Of a stretch of 64,000 nucleotides of DNA, positions 9,275-19,127 are shown piece after piece (position 1 is the stretch's first letter; each line of letters opens with the position of its first letter). The stretch spans positions 288,001-352,000 of the forward strand of contig JBEPZY010000001.1 of the NCBI GenBank assembly GCA_041640595.1. Reading direction: 5' to 3'. The stretch is from Gemmatales bacterium (GTDB lineage Bacteria; Planctomycetota; Planctomycetia; Gemmatales; HRBIN36). The notes under the pieces were generated by a model that made no database searches, was not told the DNA's origin, and was given only the letters and a program-made list of their open reading frames with translations. The translations under genes were made by a program, and so were the position numbers.

Positions 9275-12200
9275 ATGATCCAGGTAGGCGACTGGGTGCG
9301 GATTGACCCGTATCCAGAAAAGGCGGAAGTCTTTGAAGTTCGGCAACAAGGTGGGCACGTGGTGCTGGGCATAATCTTCCTGGTCTCGCAAAAGGCGCAG
9401 CGAATGGTGTTCACGCCCGAGGAACTGGCGCAGAGAGTTCAGCGTCTGCCCAAACTCGGGGAGCGTTTCGAGCAAGACAGCTTGCGAACGCGTGAACCGT
9501 TCGTGCTTTTCCTGGAGGCGCTGCGCATGCGTCTGGCGTACACGTTTGATCCGCATTATGCGGTGAGCGTGACGCAGGTGGACCTGCTGCCCCATCAGGT
9601 GGACGCCGTCTATGGCCACATTCTGCCGCTGCCCCGCATTCGCTTCTTGTTGGCGGACGACCCGGGACTGGGCAAGACGATCATGGCGGGATTGGTGCTG
9701 AAGGAACTGAAGGTGCGCGGCGCAGTTCGTCGGACTCTGCTGGTGGTCCCTGCTCACTTGCAGGATCAATGGCAGCGGGAAATGCGCGACTGGTTCCGCG
9801 AGGACTTTGTCCCGCTGCGTCGGGAGCTATTGCAGAACCTGTACGCGACGGACTTTTTCGAGCGGCACGCTCAGGTGCTGGTGTCGTTGGATTTTGCCCG
9901 GCAGGTGGATGTCCGCGAGCTATTGGCGCGTCAGTCCTGGGACTTGCTGATTGTGGATGAAGCGCACAAACTGTCGGCGACCCGCTACGGGCAGAGAATT
10001 TTCAAGACGCAACGTTACCAGCTGGGCGAAGCCCTGGCCCCTCGGGCCACGCATCTGCTGTTGCTGACGGCCACGCCGCACAAGGGGGATGACGATGCGT
10101 ATTTCCTGCTGCTCAACCTGCTGGAGCCCCGTTTATTTGCAACGGCCGAGCATTTGAAGCAGGCAGCGCGCAGTGAGGGGCTTCCATTTGTACTGCGGCG
10201 TAGTAAGGAGCAGGTTACCGATCTGGAGGGACGCAAGCTGTTCCGCCGCCGCGAGGTGCAGAGCCTGGGTATCACCCAGAGCGAAGGGGAGAAGCAACTT
10301 TACGAAGCGGTCACCCAGTATGTCCGCCGCTGGTACGCTGCCGTTTCCGGCAAGACCGACCGGAAAAGTCGTAACGTGGCCCTGGCTCTGACGGTGCTGC
10401 AACGCCGACTTTCTTCCAGTCTGTTTGCTGTGCGGGAGTCGCTGCGTCGTCGCGGGGCCAAACTGCAGAATCTCCTGCAGGAATGGGAGCGTCGGCTCCA
10501 GGAGAACGAGTTGCCGGAATGGGACGAGGAGACCGAGCAGGACCTGGCCGAGATGACCTCCCAGGAGTGGGAAGGGTTTCAAGAGCGGCTGGAAGGAATC
10601 ACCGCTGCCCGGAACCCCGAGGAGTTGCGGGAGGAACTGGGCGAACTCAAGGAACTGCTTCGCCTGGCGCTGGAAGTGGAGAAAGCAGGTGAGGAAGCCA
10701 AAGTGCAGGAATTACGCCGCGTCATCGAGGAACGGTTGCGGCATCATCCCGACGAGAAGTTGCTGATTTTCACCGAATTCAAGGATACGCTGTCAGCGCT
10801 GGAGCAGAAAATCCGGAGCTGGGGCTTTCCTTGCGTGAGCATCCACGGGCAGATGTCGCTGGGGGACCGCATCGAAGCGGAGCGGCGTTTCCGGGACGAA
10901 GTGCAGGTGATGGTCGCCACCGATGCCGCCGGCGAGGGCATCAACCTGCAGTTCTGCCGACTCATGGTCAACTACGATCTCCCCTGGAACCCCAATCGGC
11001 TGGAACAGCGTATGGGACGCATTCATCGTTACGGACAGCAGCGGGATTGTTATGTCTTCAATCTGCTGTATCCCGAAACCCGCGAAGGCGAGGTGCTGCA
11101 GCGGCTCATGGAGAAACTGGAACGGATGCGAGAACGCCTGGGTGACAGCGTGTACGACGTGATCGGCACCTTGCTCGAAGGGGTGCGGCTGGAAGAACTC
11201 CTGATGCAGGCCATTGTCCAGGGCCCATCCGGCGAACTGGAGCGTGTCCTTGATGTGGACCTGGGGCAACGACTCGAGCAATACTGGCAAACGCTCCGGG
11301 AAAACGCCCTGGCTGGCCATTACATTGACCTTACCACCGTTCAGAAAAACGAGACGGACTCGCTCTTGCGTCGGCTGGTGCCCTGGGATGTCCAGCGCTT
11401 TACCCAACTGGCAGTGCCGACCGTGGGCGGGCAGATCAGCGAGGACCGTCGCCAACGCCAGGTCTTTCGCCTCAGCGTGCCCAGAGAGTTCCTCAAGCAA
11501 CACGGCCTGCAGAACGAGTCGTTCGCCCGTGGTCTGCGGATTGCCTTTCAGCGGGACGTGGCACGACGGGCCGATGCTGAGTTCTTCGCTCCAGGTCATC
11601 CCTTGCTCGAAGCCCTCACCGATCACTTCCTGAATAAGAACCGCCCTGTCCAGGCCATCCTGGTGGATGAGCAAGGGCGTAAGGGTACACTGTGGCTGTA
11701 TCGGGTTCGGCTGCAGGACGGTCGGAGCCAGGCGGTTCTGGAACGGTTACTGGCGTTGTTTCACGATCTGACCAGCGGCGAGATACGCGAAGTGGACCCC
11801 CGCATGGTCTGGGAGCTGGCCAGTCCGCCGGATCACCTCGACCTGCCCCCGAACCTGCCCAATCTCCTGGACGAAGCCAGTCAGCGAACTCGAGAGCACG
11901 TGCTCATTTGCCTGCAGGCGCTGCAACACGAAGCGCAACAGCGGCGGGAGCGGGAATGCACCATCAAGCACGACTGGCTGAACCGCTCCTACACGTATCT
12001 CATCGCCGAGTCCCAGGGCAAACTTATCGAGTACCACCAGCGCCAGCAAGCCGGCGAAGACATGGCCGTCGCTATCCGTCAGGAAGAGGAAAATCTCAAA
12101 GTCCTCCTACGCGAGAAGGACGAGCGTTTGAAAGAAATCGAAAAGGAGCGGCAAATCACGTTGCTGGAACCGGAGCTGGAAGCGGTCGCCCTCATCCTGC

Positions 12201-12616
12201 CCAAAGCCGCAGCCACTTCAGCTACGCCGGCCGAAGACGAAGAAATCAAGCGTCGGGTCGAAGAAGCCGGCATGCGGTACGTGATGGAACACGAACGCCA
12301 AGAGGGCCGTCAGCCCCAGGATGTCAGCCGTGAATTCCGCGGCTACGATATTGAGTCCCGGTCGGATTCGGAGGTCCGCTATATCGAGGTGAAATCGCTT
12401 GCGACAACCGGCCCCTGGGAGTTCACGGTCCACGAGTGGCAAGTCGCTGAGCGCCTGGGCGCCCGCTACTGGCTTTATGTGGTGGAGCATGCCCTCACCA
12501 AGCCCCGGTTGCGCCCCTACGATAATCCCGCCGCCCGCTTCAAGCCCAAGCTTGTCATGGGGGTAGTGAAGATGGTGGTGGAAGAATCGGAACAGGGGGG
12601 CGAAAATGACGCCTGA
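9275..12616 (+). CDS. SNF2-family helicase with C-terminal DUF3883-type nuclease domain (operon 1)
   Basis: LLADDPGLGKT, VDEAH, TATPH, NYDLPWNPNRLEQRMGRIHR; C-terminal GYDI..YIEVK..EW. Confidence 0.92.
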   Translation: MIQVGDWVRIDPYPEKAEVFEVRQQGGHVVLGIIFLVSQKAQRMVFTPEELAQRVQRLPKLGERFEQDSLRTREPFVLFLEALRMRLAYTFDPHYAVSVTQVDLLPHQVDAVYGHILPLPRIRFLLADDPGLGKTIMAGLVLKELKVRGAVRRTLLVVPAHLQDQWQREMRDWFREDFVPLRRELLQNLYATDFFERHAQVLVSLDFARQVDVRELLARQSWDLLIVDEAHKLSATRYGQRIFKTQRYQLGEALAPRATHLLLLTATPHKGDDDAYFLLLNLLEPRLFATAEHLKQAARSEGLPFVLRRSKEQVTDLEGRKLFRRREVQSLGITQSEGEKQLYEAVTQYVRRWYAAVSGKTDRKSRNVALALTVLQRRLSSSLFAVRESLRRRGAKLQNLLQEWERRLQENELPEWDEETEQDLAEMTSQEWEGFQERLEGITAARNPEELREELGELKELLRLALEVEKAGEEAKVQELRRVIEERLRHHPDEKLLIFTEFKDTLSALEQKIRSWGFPCVSIHGQMSLGDRIEAERRFRDEVQVMVATDAAGEGINLQFCRLMVNYDLPWNPNRLEQRMGRIHRYGQQRDCYVFNLLYPETREGEVLQRLMEKLERMRERLGDSVYDVIGTLLEGVRLEELLMQAIVQGPSGELERVLDVDLGQRLEQYWQTLRENALAGHYIDLTTVQKNETDSLLRRLVPWDVQRFTQLAVPTVGGQISEDRRQRQVFRLSVPREFLKQHGLQNESFARGLRIAFQRDVARRADAEFFAPGHPLLEALTDHFLNKNRPVQAILVDEQGRKGTLWLYRVRLQDGRSQAVLERLLALFHDLTSGEIREVDPRMVWELASPPDHLDLPPNLPNLLDEASQRTREHVLICLQALQHEAQQRRERECTIKHDWLNRSYTYLIAESQGKLIEYHQRQQAGEDMAVAIRQEEENLKVLLREKDERLKEIEKERQITLLEPELEAVALILPKAAATSATPAEDEEIKRRVEEAGMRYVMEHERQEGRQPQDVSREFRGYDIESRSDSEVRYIEVKSLATTGPWEFTVHEWQVAERLGARYWLYVVEHALTKPRLRPYDNPAARFKPKLVMGVVKMVVEESEQGGENDA

Positions 12617-15600
12617 AGATCGCGTGCGTTTTCTCATTGAAAGGGCGATGCCGCTGCGGGAGTTGTCGGCGGAGGCGCGGCGGGAGAAGGCGATTCGCCA
12701 CGGGCACATCTCCACGCTGCATGTCTGGTGGGCAAGGCGGCCGCTGGTGGTCGCCCGCGCTGCTGTGCTTGGCGCCCTGCTGACCGACGAAGCTGACATC
12801 GCCCCCGATTTCGTCCAGAATCTCTGCCGCTGGGAAGTGCATGATGGCGATGCCGGCGGGCGTTCTCTGCTGAATGAGGCACGGGCGCTTGTGCGCCAGC
12901 GTTTCGGCTCGACGCCCCCGAAAGTGCTGGACTCGTTTGCTGGCGGCGGATCGATCCCGCTGGAGGCTCTGCGGTTAGGTGCCCAGGCCTTCGCCGTCGA
13001 ATACAACCCCGTCGCCTACCTCATCTTGAAGGCGACCATTGAGTTCCCACAACGGTTCAGGCAAGGGATTAGGGATGAGGGGCGAGGGACGAAGGAGGAG
13101 ATGCATCATGAGCATTCGGTCATATCAGGACCTGGCAATTTGGAAAAAGGCGATGCAATTGGTTGTTCAAGTGTATCACCTGACCAGGCGCTTCCCTCGG
13201 GAGGAAATGCACGGTCTGACCAGCCAAATGCGCCGAGCAGCAGTTTCCATACCCACAAACATTGCGGAAGGATGGGGGCGAGGGAGCAGGAAGGAATACA
13301 TCCAATTTCTGCGGATTGCCAGAGGTTCACTTCTGGAACTGGAGACCCTTCTGGCTATCTCCAGAAACCTTCGTTACCTGAGCCAAGAGGATATGCAGGC
13401 AAGACTGGCTCTGGTGGAGGAAATCAGCCGCATGCTCAGTGGGTTGATTGCGAGCCTGAAGAGAGGCATGAGGGCTTAGGGGCAGGGGTCAAATCTTCTC
13501 CCTCATCCCTCACCCCTCACCCCTCGTCCCTCACCCCTGCCCCCTCCCCCCTCATCCCTCACCCCTCATCCCTCACCGACGCTGTTCTTTTTTGGGGCAA
13601 CTGGGTGCTTGAGCAAGCACGAAGGGAATTATCGCCCTTCTATCCCTCTGTCGCCCCTCATCCCTCGCCCCTCACCCCTCATCCCTCGCCCGAAACGCCC
13701 ATCGCCTACATCTGGAGCCGCACCATTCGATGTCCGAACCCCGATTGTGGCTCGGAAATTCCGCTGTTCCGGCAGTTCTGGCTTGCTAGGAAAGGGACGA
13801 GGGATAAGGGACGAGGGACGAGGGATAAGGGACGAGGGGCGAGGAAGGAGATTGCGTTAGCCCCTGTCGTTGATAGAGAGCGAAGGTGCGTCAATTTCAG
13901 AATCGTGCAGCGTCAAGGGGATTCTTGGCAGGTCATCGATGATTCCTCGGAGAGGGATAAGGGACGAGGGATTGGGGGCGAGGAACGAGGGACGAGGAAT
14001 GAGGGACGAGGAATGAGAGACGAGGCGCCTCTTTTATCCCCCAACCCTCACCCCTCACCCCTCAGCCCTCATCCCTCACCCCTCACCCCTCACCCCTCCA
14101 CCCTCATCCCTAACTCCTTTGACCCATCAAAGGGCACCGTCAGCCGCGGGCATGCCGTCTGCCTGGTCTGCAACACCAGCGTTCGGGACTCCTACGTGAA
14201 GGCGGAAGCCCAGGCCGAGCGCATGGGGCATCGCCTCGTCGCCGTCGTGACCACCCGCGGTCGTGGGCATGGCCGCAACTACCGCCTGGCCACCGAAGAA
14301 GACCTCGCCGCCTTCCGCAAGGCCGAGCAAGCCCTGCAAAACCTCCTGCAAACCCCATCCCCTTGGGCTTTCGGGCTCAGTTGGGTGCCCGAGGAGCCAT
14401 CGCCCGGAACTATCGGACAAGGACCTTCGCAGCGGCCGAGTTATGGGATGACTACCTGGGGTAAGTTCTTCAATCCCCGCCAGTTGCTGGCGCTGTGCAC
14501 CTTCGGCAAGTGGGTGCGGGAAGCCTATCGGCAAATCCTGCGGCAAACCGACGACCCCGACTTCGCCAAAGCCGTCGCAACGTATCTGGCGTTTGCGTTG
14601 GATAAACTTGCGAATTGGCTGTCTTGCGTATCCCGGTGGGAAGTAACCTGGGAGATGCCTAAAGAGGCGCTAACTGGTCACAGGCTCGCAATGGTGTTCG
14701 ATTATGCAGAGGGCAACCCGACAACCGGAGATGTTGCTTCCTGGCCAAAAGCGCTGGGGTACCTAGATAGAGGTCTCCGAGCTCTTTCTTGGATGAAAAA
14801 TGTTGGAGCCGTAGTAAAGGGCTCGGCGGCCAGTTTGCCCTTCCCCGACAAGCATTTTGATGCCGTCATCATAGACCCGCCGTATGCCGACAATGTGCCG
14901 TATGCCGACCTTTCGGATTTCTTCTATGTCTGGCTGCGTCGGACAGTGGGCGACCTTTACCCGGAAGCGTTCGGCACCGAACTGGTGCCCAAAGAGGAAG
15001 AGGCGGTGGTCAACCCGGCGCGGTTTGGCGGGGGCAAGAAAGGGGAGGCGGTCGCCCGCCGCCATTACCAGCGGCTGATGCAGAAATCGTTTGCGGAAAT
15101 CTACCGCGTGCTCCAACCCGATGGCATGGCGGTGGTGATGTTCACCCACCGTTCGACCGAGGCCTGGGAACGCCTGATGCTGAGCCTCCTGGAGGCGGGG
15201 TTGTACCCGACCGCTTCCTGGCCGGTGCACACGGAGATGGAGGCCTCGACGCATCAGCGCGGCAAAGGAGCGATCCAGAGCACGATCCTGATGGCGTGTC
15301 GCCGCCGTCCGGAGAATGCCGGGGTCGGCTGGTACTCTCAGGTACGGGACGACCTCGAGCGGGTAATCCGGGAGCGGCTGGAAGCGTTCTGGCGAGCGGG
15401 CATCCGCGGGGCGGATTTCTTCGTTTCGGCCATCGGGCCGGCCGTCGGGGTCTTCGGCAAGTATCGCAAGGTCATGCACCCGGACGGCCGGGAAGTCACC
15501 GTCAGCGATCTGCTGGACGAAGCCCGGTCGCTGGTAACCCGGTTTGCCCTGGAACAATTACGCCTGTCCACGCTGGATGCTCCGACGCGCTTTTATGTGC

Positions 15601-16130
15601 TTTACCGGTGGGCCTACGGCGGGGCCGAGCTTTCCTTTGATGAAGCCAACAAACTCGCCAAGAGCGTCGGCGCGGAACTCGATGCCCTGGCCGGCGAGCA
15701 TCACCTGGTGGAACGCCGACAGGACAAGGTGCAGACGCCCGCCTTCGCCCGGCGGTTCCAGAACCTCGACTTTTGCAAACGCCTGCAGCAGGCGCTGGAT
15801 GATGGCCAGTTGCCACAGTTGCCCGAGATCGATCAGGTGCACCTGTTGCTGTACCTGTGGCGCAAAGGCGAGCGGGAAAATATCTCCGCCGTGCTCGGAC
15901 GTGCCGGCGTGATGAGCGAAGACCATCCGCTGTGGCGAACCGCCCAGGCACTTCTGGAAGTGCAGCAGAACGACCAGAAAGCCGACGAAATCGGCGAAGA
16001 GGTTACCGTCCTGGCGCAATTGCTGGGGAGCAAACGCGGTCTGTTACGCGAGGTCGAGCAGACCCACACCACCGCCTTGCAGCTGCAATTTTTCGACGAC
16101 ACCGTAACCCCCCGCCGCCGCAGACGCTGA
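12606..16130 (+). CDS. DUF1156 adenine DNA methyltransferase (operon 1) with large in-frame insertions
   Basis: HISTLHVWWARRPL, DSFAGGG (motif I), CPNPDC/CLVC Zn ribbon, DPPY (motif IV), YADLSDFFYVW. Confidence 0.9.
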   Translation: MTPEDRVRFLIERAMPLRELSAEARREKAIRHGHISTLHVWWARRPLVVARAAVLGALLTDEADIAPDFVQNLCRWEVHDGDAGGRSLLNEARALVRQRFGSTPPKVLDSFAGGGSIPLEALRLGAQAFAVEYNPVAYLILKATIEFPQRFRQGIRDEGRGTKEEMHHEHSVISGPGNLEKGDAIGCSSVSPDQALPSGGNARSDQPNAPSSSFHTHKHCGRMGAREQEGIHPISADCQRFTSGTGDPSGYLQKPSLPEPRGYAGKTGSGGGNQPHAQWVDCEPEERHEGLGAGVKSSPSSLTPHPSSLTPAPSPLIPHPSSLTDAVLFWGNWVLEQARRELSPFYPSVAPHPSPLTPHPSPETPIAYIWSRTIRCPNPDCGSEIPLFRQFWLARKGTRDKGRGTRDKGRGARKEIALAPVVDRERRCVNFRIVQRQGDSWQVIDDSSERDKGRGIGGEERGTRNEGRGMRDEAPLLSPNPHPSPLSPHPSPLTPHPSTLIPNSFDPSKGTVSRGHAVCLVCNTSVRDSYVKAEAQAERMGHRLVAVVTTRGRGHGRNYRLATEEDLAAFRKAEQALQNLLQTPSPWAFGLSWVPEEPSPGTIGQGPSQRPSYGMTTWGKFFNPRQLLALCTFGKWVREAYRQILRQTDDPDFAKAVATYLAFALDKLANWLSCVSRWEVTWEMPKEALTGHRLAMVFDYAEGNPTTGDVASWPKALGYLDRGLRALSWMKNVGAVVKGSAASLPFPDKHFDAVIIDPPYADNVPYADLSDFFYVWLRRTVGDLYPEAFGTELVPKEEEAVVNPARFGGGKKGEAVARRHYQRLMQKSFAEIYRVLQPDGMAVVMFTHRSTEAWERLMLSLLEAGLYPTASWPVHTEMEASTHQRGKGAIQSTILMACRRRPENAGVGWYSQVRDDLERVIRERLEAFWRAGIRGADFFVSAIGPAVGVFGKYRKVMHPDGREVTVSDLLDEARSLVTRFALEQLRLSTLDAPTRFYVLYRWAYGGAELSFDEANKLAKSVGAELDALAGEHHLVERRQDKVQTPAFARRFQNLDFCKRLQQALDDGQLPQLPEIDQVHLLLYLWRKGERENISAVLGRAGVMSEDHPLWRTAQALLEVQQNDQKADEIGEEVTVLAQLLGSKRGLLREVEQTHTTALQLQFFDDTVTPRRRRR
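13064..14112. repeat. Complementary tracts of 7-bp repeats (GGGAYGA / TCAYCCC type)
   Basis: G-rich ~13064-13095, 13793-13844, 13953-14025; C-rich ~13498-13576, 13651-13692, 14036-14112. Confidence 0.9.
13108..13479 (+). CDS. Four-helix-bundle protein (23S rRNA intervening-sequence protein / Avd-like), nested in +1 frame inside the methylase
   Basis: SYQDLAIWKKAM, FPREEMHGLTSQMRRAAVSIPTNIAEG, FLRIARGSLLELET; AGGAGGAG RBS 7 nt upstream. Confidence 0.92.
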   Translation: MSIRSYQDLAIWKKAMQLVVQVYHLTRRFPREEMHGLTSQMRRAAVSIPTNIAEGWGRGSRKEYIQFLRIARGSLLELETLLAISRNLRYLSQEDMQARLALVEEISRMLSGLIASLKRGMRA

Positions 16131-16159
16131 ACCCTGTCCACCGCGACACCCCAACACGA

Positions 16160-16385
16160 GCAATCACCGCGAAAAACCTTAGTGCTCCCTGGTGCCTGAG
16201 CGGTTATAATACCGCAACAGGAAGGTACGGAACGCACGAAGGAACACCAACGAAATATGCGGTATCCCTTTGTGTCTTCGTGCCCTGCTGGTTAAAACTC
16301 AATTACGAAGACACCAGGACGCGAAGAAACCTCGAGAAAACCCTTCGTGTTGCGTGGTGTCTTTGTGTCCTGGCGGTTACAACCC
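16160..16385. repeat. Degenerate intergenic inverted-repeat cluster
   Basis: Alternating CACGAAG/GAAGACAC and CTTYGTGTC...GGTTA tracts between the methylase and ATPase genes. Confidence 0.5.
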
Positions 16386-16406
16386 TTCAGCGACGGGGGA
16401 AGAAGC

Positions 16407-19031
16407 ATGGCGAGGCAGTCAGCTCTGCGGGTCTGGGAGGTGTGCGAACCGCATCGGGATGTGTTTTCGCGTGATCCGGACCCATCGCTGTTCGCTATCA
16501 GTCTGCACCACGTGATGCGAGGCTCGGCGGATCGGGATTACACTGACCCGGAGCGCTTCTTCGCCCGGACCTGCATGACGCGAGCCCTGTCGAACTTGTT
16601 GCAGCGAGTGCTCGGTCGGCTGGCGGGTCAGGGTCGCGGGGCACCGGTGTTGCGGCTGGAAACGCCATTCGGCGGCGGCAAAACCCACACCATGACAGCC
16701 CTCTGGCATATCGCCCGGTACCCGGAAGTCTGCAGCGAGCAGGAATCGCTCCGACCCATCCTGGAGGCGTTGAACCTGCGCAGCGTTCCGAACGATCTCC
16801 GCGTGGCCGTGCTCGATGGCCGGGGACTTGACGCCCGCGAACGACGTACCGACGACGGATTGACCGTCCGCACCCTGTGGGGCGAGCTGGCGTATCAGCT
16901 CGGCGGTCGGACGGGTTATGAGATGCTGGCCGATGCCGACCAGACGCGGACCTCCCCCGGCGGGGCCTTGCTCACCGAGTTGCTCCGCCGCTATCAACCC
17001 GCGCTCATCCTTATGGACGAAGTGCTCGACTACCTCATCAAGGCCCGGGCGGTGTCGGTGGGATCGAGCAATCTGATGGAACAGACCGGCACCTTCCTGG
17101 GAGAACTGACCTCAGCCGTCAGCGCGGTCCCCCAGAGTGCGCTGGTGCTAGCGTTGCCCGCCTCCTCGCTGGAAATCCCCGCCGAGAACCAGGAATCCGC
17201 CGAACGGCTCTTCCAGTACGCCAAGAAAGTGCTGGGACGAATGGAACTGGTGGAGACGCCCGTCGCTCAGGATGAAGTGTTCGAGGTGCTGCGCCGTCGC
17301 CTGTTTCAACGGGTCGCCGAAGAACGCGACCGCAAAAAAGCTGTCGAGGCTTTCCGCGCTTACTACGAAGAGTATGCCCGCTTTTTCCCCGATCGGTTGC
17401 GGTCGCCGGATTATCGCGAGCGCATGCTCCAGGCCTATCCCTTCCATCCCGAACTGGTGGATTTGCTCTATGAGCGGTGGGGTCCGCATCCGCAGTTTCA
17501 GCGTACCCGCGGAGCGTTGCGGCTGCTGGCGCTGGTGCTGCGGCGGATCTGGCAGCAACGACCGGGTTCGGCGCTGTTGATTCAGCCCCACCATATTGAT
17601 CTCCATGACCGCCATATTCGCGGCGAAGTGGTGCGGCTGCTGGACAGCAGTTGGGAAGCTATTGTCACGGGCGATGTCCTCCGACGGGCGGAAGAACTGG
17701 AACGGCAATTGGGCGGCGAGTACAGTCGCGAACAACTGGCCCGAGGAACTGCCAGTGCCGCTTTTGTGTACAGCATCTCCGCCGCCACCCGCGATGTCGG
17801 CGCCACCGAAGAGGAAATCCGCACCGCTTTGCTCCGCCCGTCGATCAACCCGGCGATGGTCTCCGAGGTGCTCGGACGCTTACGCGAACGACTCTGGTAT
17901 CTTCGTTACCGCGACCACCGCTATTTCTTCACAGCCAAACCGAACCTGAACAAGGTCATCCTGGACTTTGAGAACGAAGTTACCGACGAGCAGGTCGAGA
18001 AAGCCCTGCGGGAGCGTATCACCCAGTGCACTGGCAAGGCTGGCGAGGGGTTTCAACTGGTGATCGCTCCGGCAGAGCCCAAACTCGTTCCCGACCGGGC
18101 TCAACCGACTCTGGTTGTCCTCCCGCCGGATGTCCACCAGCCGCAGCAGTGGATGGAACAAGCGGTTCAGGCCGCCGAAAGCGGTATCCGCGTCAACAAA
18201 AACATGCTCATCTTCCTCGTGCCGGAACCGACGCAAATCTCCGCTTTGCGATCCGCCATTCGTCGCTGGCTCGCCCTCAAAGCCGTCTCCGACTCCCATT
18301 CCTTCAAAGAAATGGACAGCGATGACCGGGAACAGGTGAAGTTGCAACTCAAGGACAAGGAAGCGGAACTGGAGGCCCTCCTCCGCCGAACCTACCAGGA
18401 GATTTACCGTCCCAGCAACGGCAGTGTCAAGCGCATCACCGGCATCGGCCCCGAAACCATCAAGGCCAAAACACTCGCTGCGTTCGTCGAGGAAACGCTG
18501 AGAAATAAAGGCGAGCTGGTGGATAGCGTCGCCCCGGAGTATCTCAAAGATGTGCTGCGGATCGACCAGCAACAGCAGGTACCGCTGGCACAGGTGAGCA
18601 ACCTCTTCACCGGCGTAACCAGCCAACCGGTGCTCAGGAATCCCGAGGAGGCGGTTCGCCGGACCGTTCAGCAGGGCGTGCAGCAGGGGCTGTTCGCTGT
18701 GCGTGTCGGCGAGCAGGTTTACTCGCGTCAGGAAGTGCCCGATGACATCCTGAAACGCAAGGACGTGGTGCTCGTCCCGCCACCTGATGATAAGAAGCAA
18801 CCACCTCCGCCGCCGGCCCAGCCTAAGCCCCTCACCCTGCGGGTGCGAACCAGCGCCAGCGTGTTCTATCCGATTACGGTTGTGGCTAAGCAGTTGCAGC
18901 AGTTGAATGACGCGACGATTGTGCTCGAAGTCCGCGACCCGTCGGGCAAACTGTCCACCATGCAGGCGGAGATCGACAAACTCGTGCGCGACTACGGTTG
19001 CACCTGTGAGTGGGTCTCATCTACTGAGTGA
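16407..19031 (+). CDS. DUF499 family ATPase (operon 1)
   Basis: TPFGGGKTH Walker A, LILMDE Walker B, YPFHPEL, FQRTRG; ATG start at 16407 chosen. Confidence 0.9.
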   Translation: MARQSALRVWEVCEPHRDVFSRDPDPSLFAISLHHVMRGSADRDYTDPERFFARTCMTRALSNLLQRVLGRLAGQGRGAPVLRLETPFGGGKTHTMTALWHIARYPEVCSEQESLRPILEALNLRSVPNDLRVAVLDGRGLDARERRTDDGLTVRTLWGELAYQLGGRTGYEMLADADQTRTSPGGALLTELLRRYQPALILMDEVLDYLIKARAVSVGSSNLMEQTGTFLGELTSAVSAVPQSALVLALPASSLEIPAENQESAERLFQYAKKVLGRMELVETPVAQDEVFEVLRRRLFQRVAEERDRKKAVEAFRAYYEEYARFFPDRLRSPDYRERMLQAYPFHPELVDLLYERWGPHPQFQRTRGALRLLALVLRRIWQQRPGSALLIQPHHIDLHDRHIRGEVVRLLDSSWEAIVTGDVLRRAEELERQLGGEYSREQLARGTASAAFVYSISAATRDVGATEEEIRTALLRPSINPAMVSEVLGRLRERLWYLRYRDHRYFFTAKPNLNKVILDFENEVTDEQVEKALRERITQCTGKAGEGFQLVIAPAEPKLVPDRAQPTLVVLPPDVHQPQQWMEQAVQAAESGIRVNKNMLIFLVPEPTQISALRSAIRRWLALKAVSDSHSFKEMDSDDREQVKLQLKDKEAELEALLRRTYQEIYRPSNGSVKRITGIGPETIKAKTLAAFVEETLRNKGELVDSVAPEYLKDVLRIDQQQQVPLAQVSNLFTGVTSQPVLRNPEEAVRRTVQQGVQQGLFAVRVGEQVYSRQEVPDDILKRKDVVLVPPPDDKKQPPPPPAQPKPLTLRVRTSASVFYPITVVAKQLQQLNDATIVLEVRDPSGKLSTMQAEIDKLVRDYGCTCEWVSSTE

Positions 19032-19127
19032 CACGTCGTTCTCATCCCGCAGTGGCCTCGGTTGTCCCCATCGCAATCGCTCCACTCAGGCATCTGCTGA
19101 GTGACACACCGTTGTCAACCCGCAGTG
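19018..19127. repeat. 37-bp direct repeat pair with 36-bp unique insert over the ATPase stop codon
   Basis: CATCTACTGAGTGACACGTCGTTCTCATCCCGCAGTG (19018) / CATCTGCTGAGTGACACACCGTTGTCAACCCGCAGTG (19091), 32/37 identical. Confidence 0.9.

Noticed and set aside
13108..13479. Diversity-generating retroelement (Avd-like gene)
   Set aside because: No reverse transcriptase and no TR/VR pair with adenine-specific mismatches seen.
13059..13577. Intein in methylase 1
   Set aside because: No C/S start or HN-C/S/T end; the insert is explained by the nested gene and repeats.
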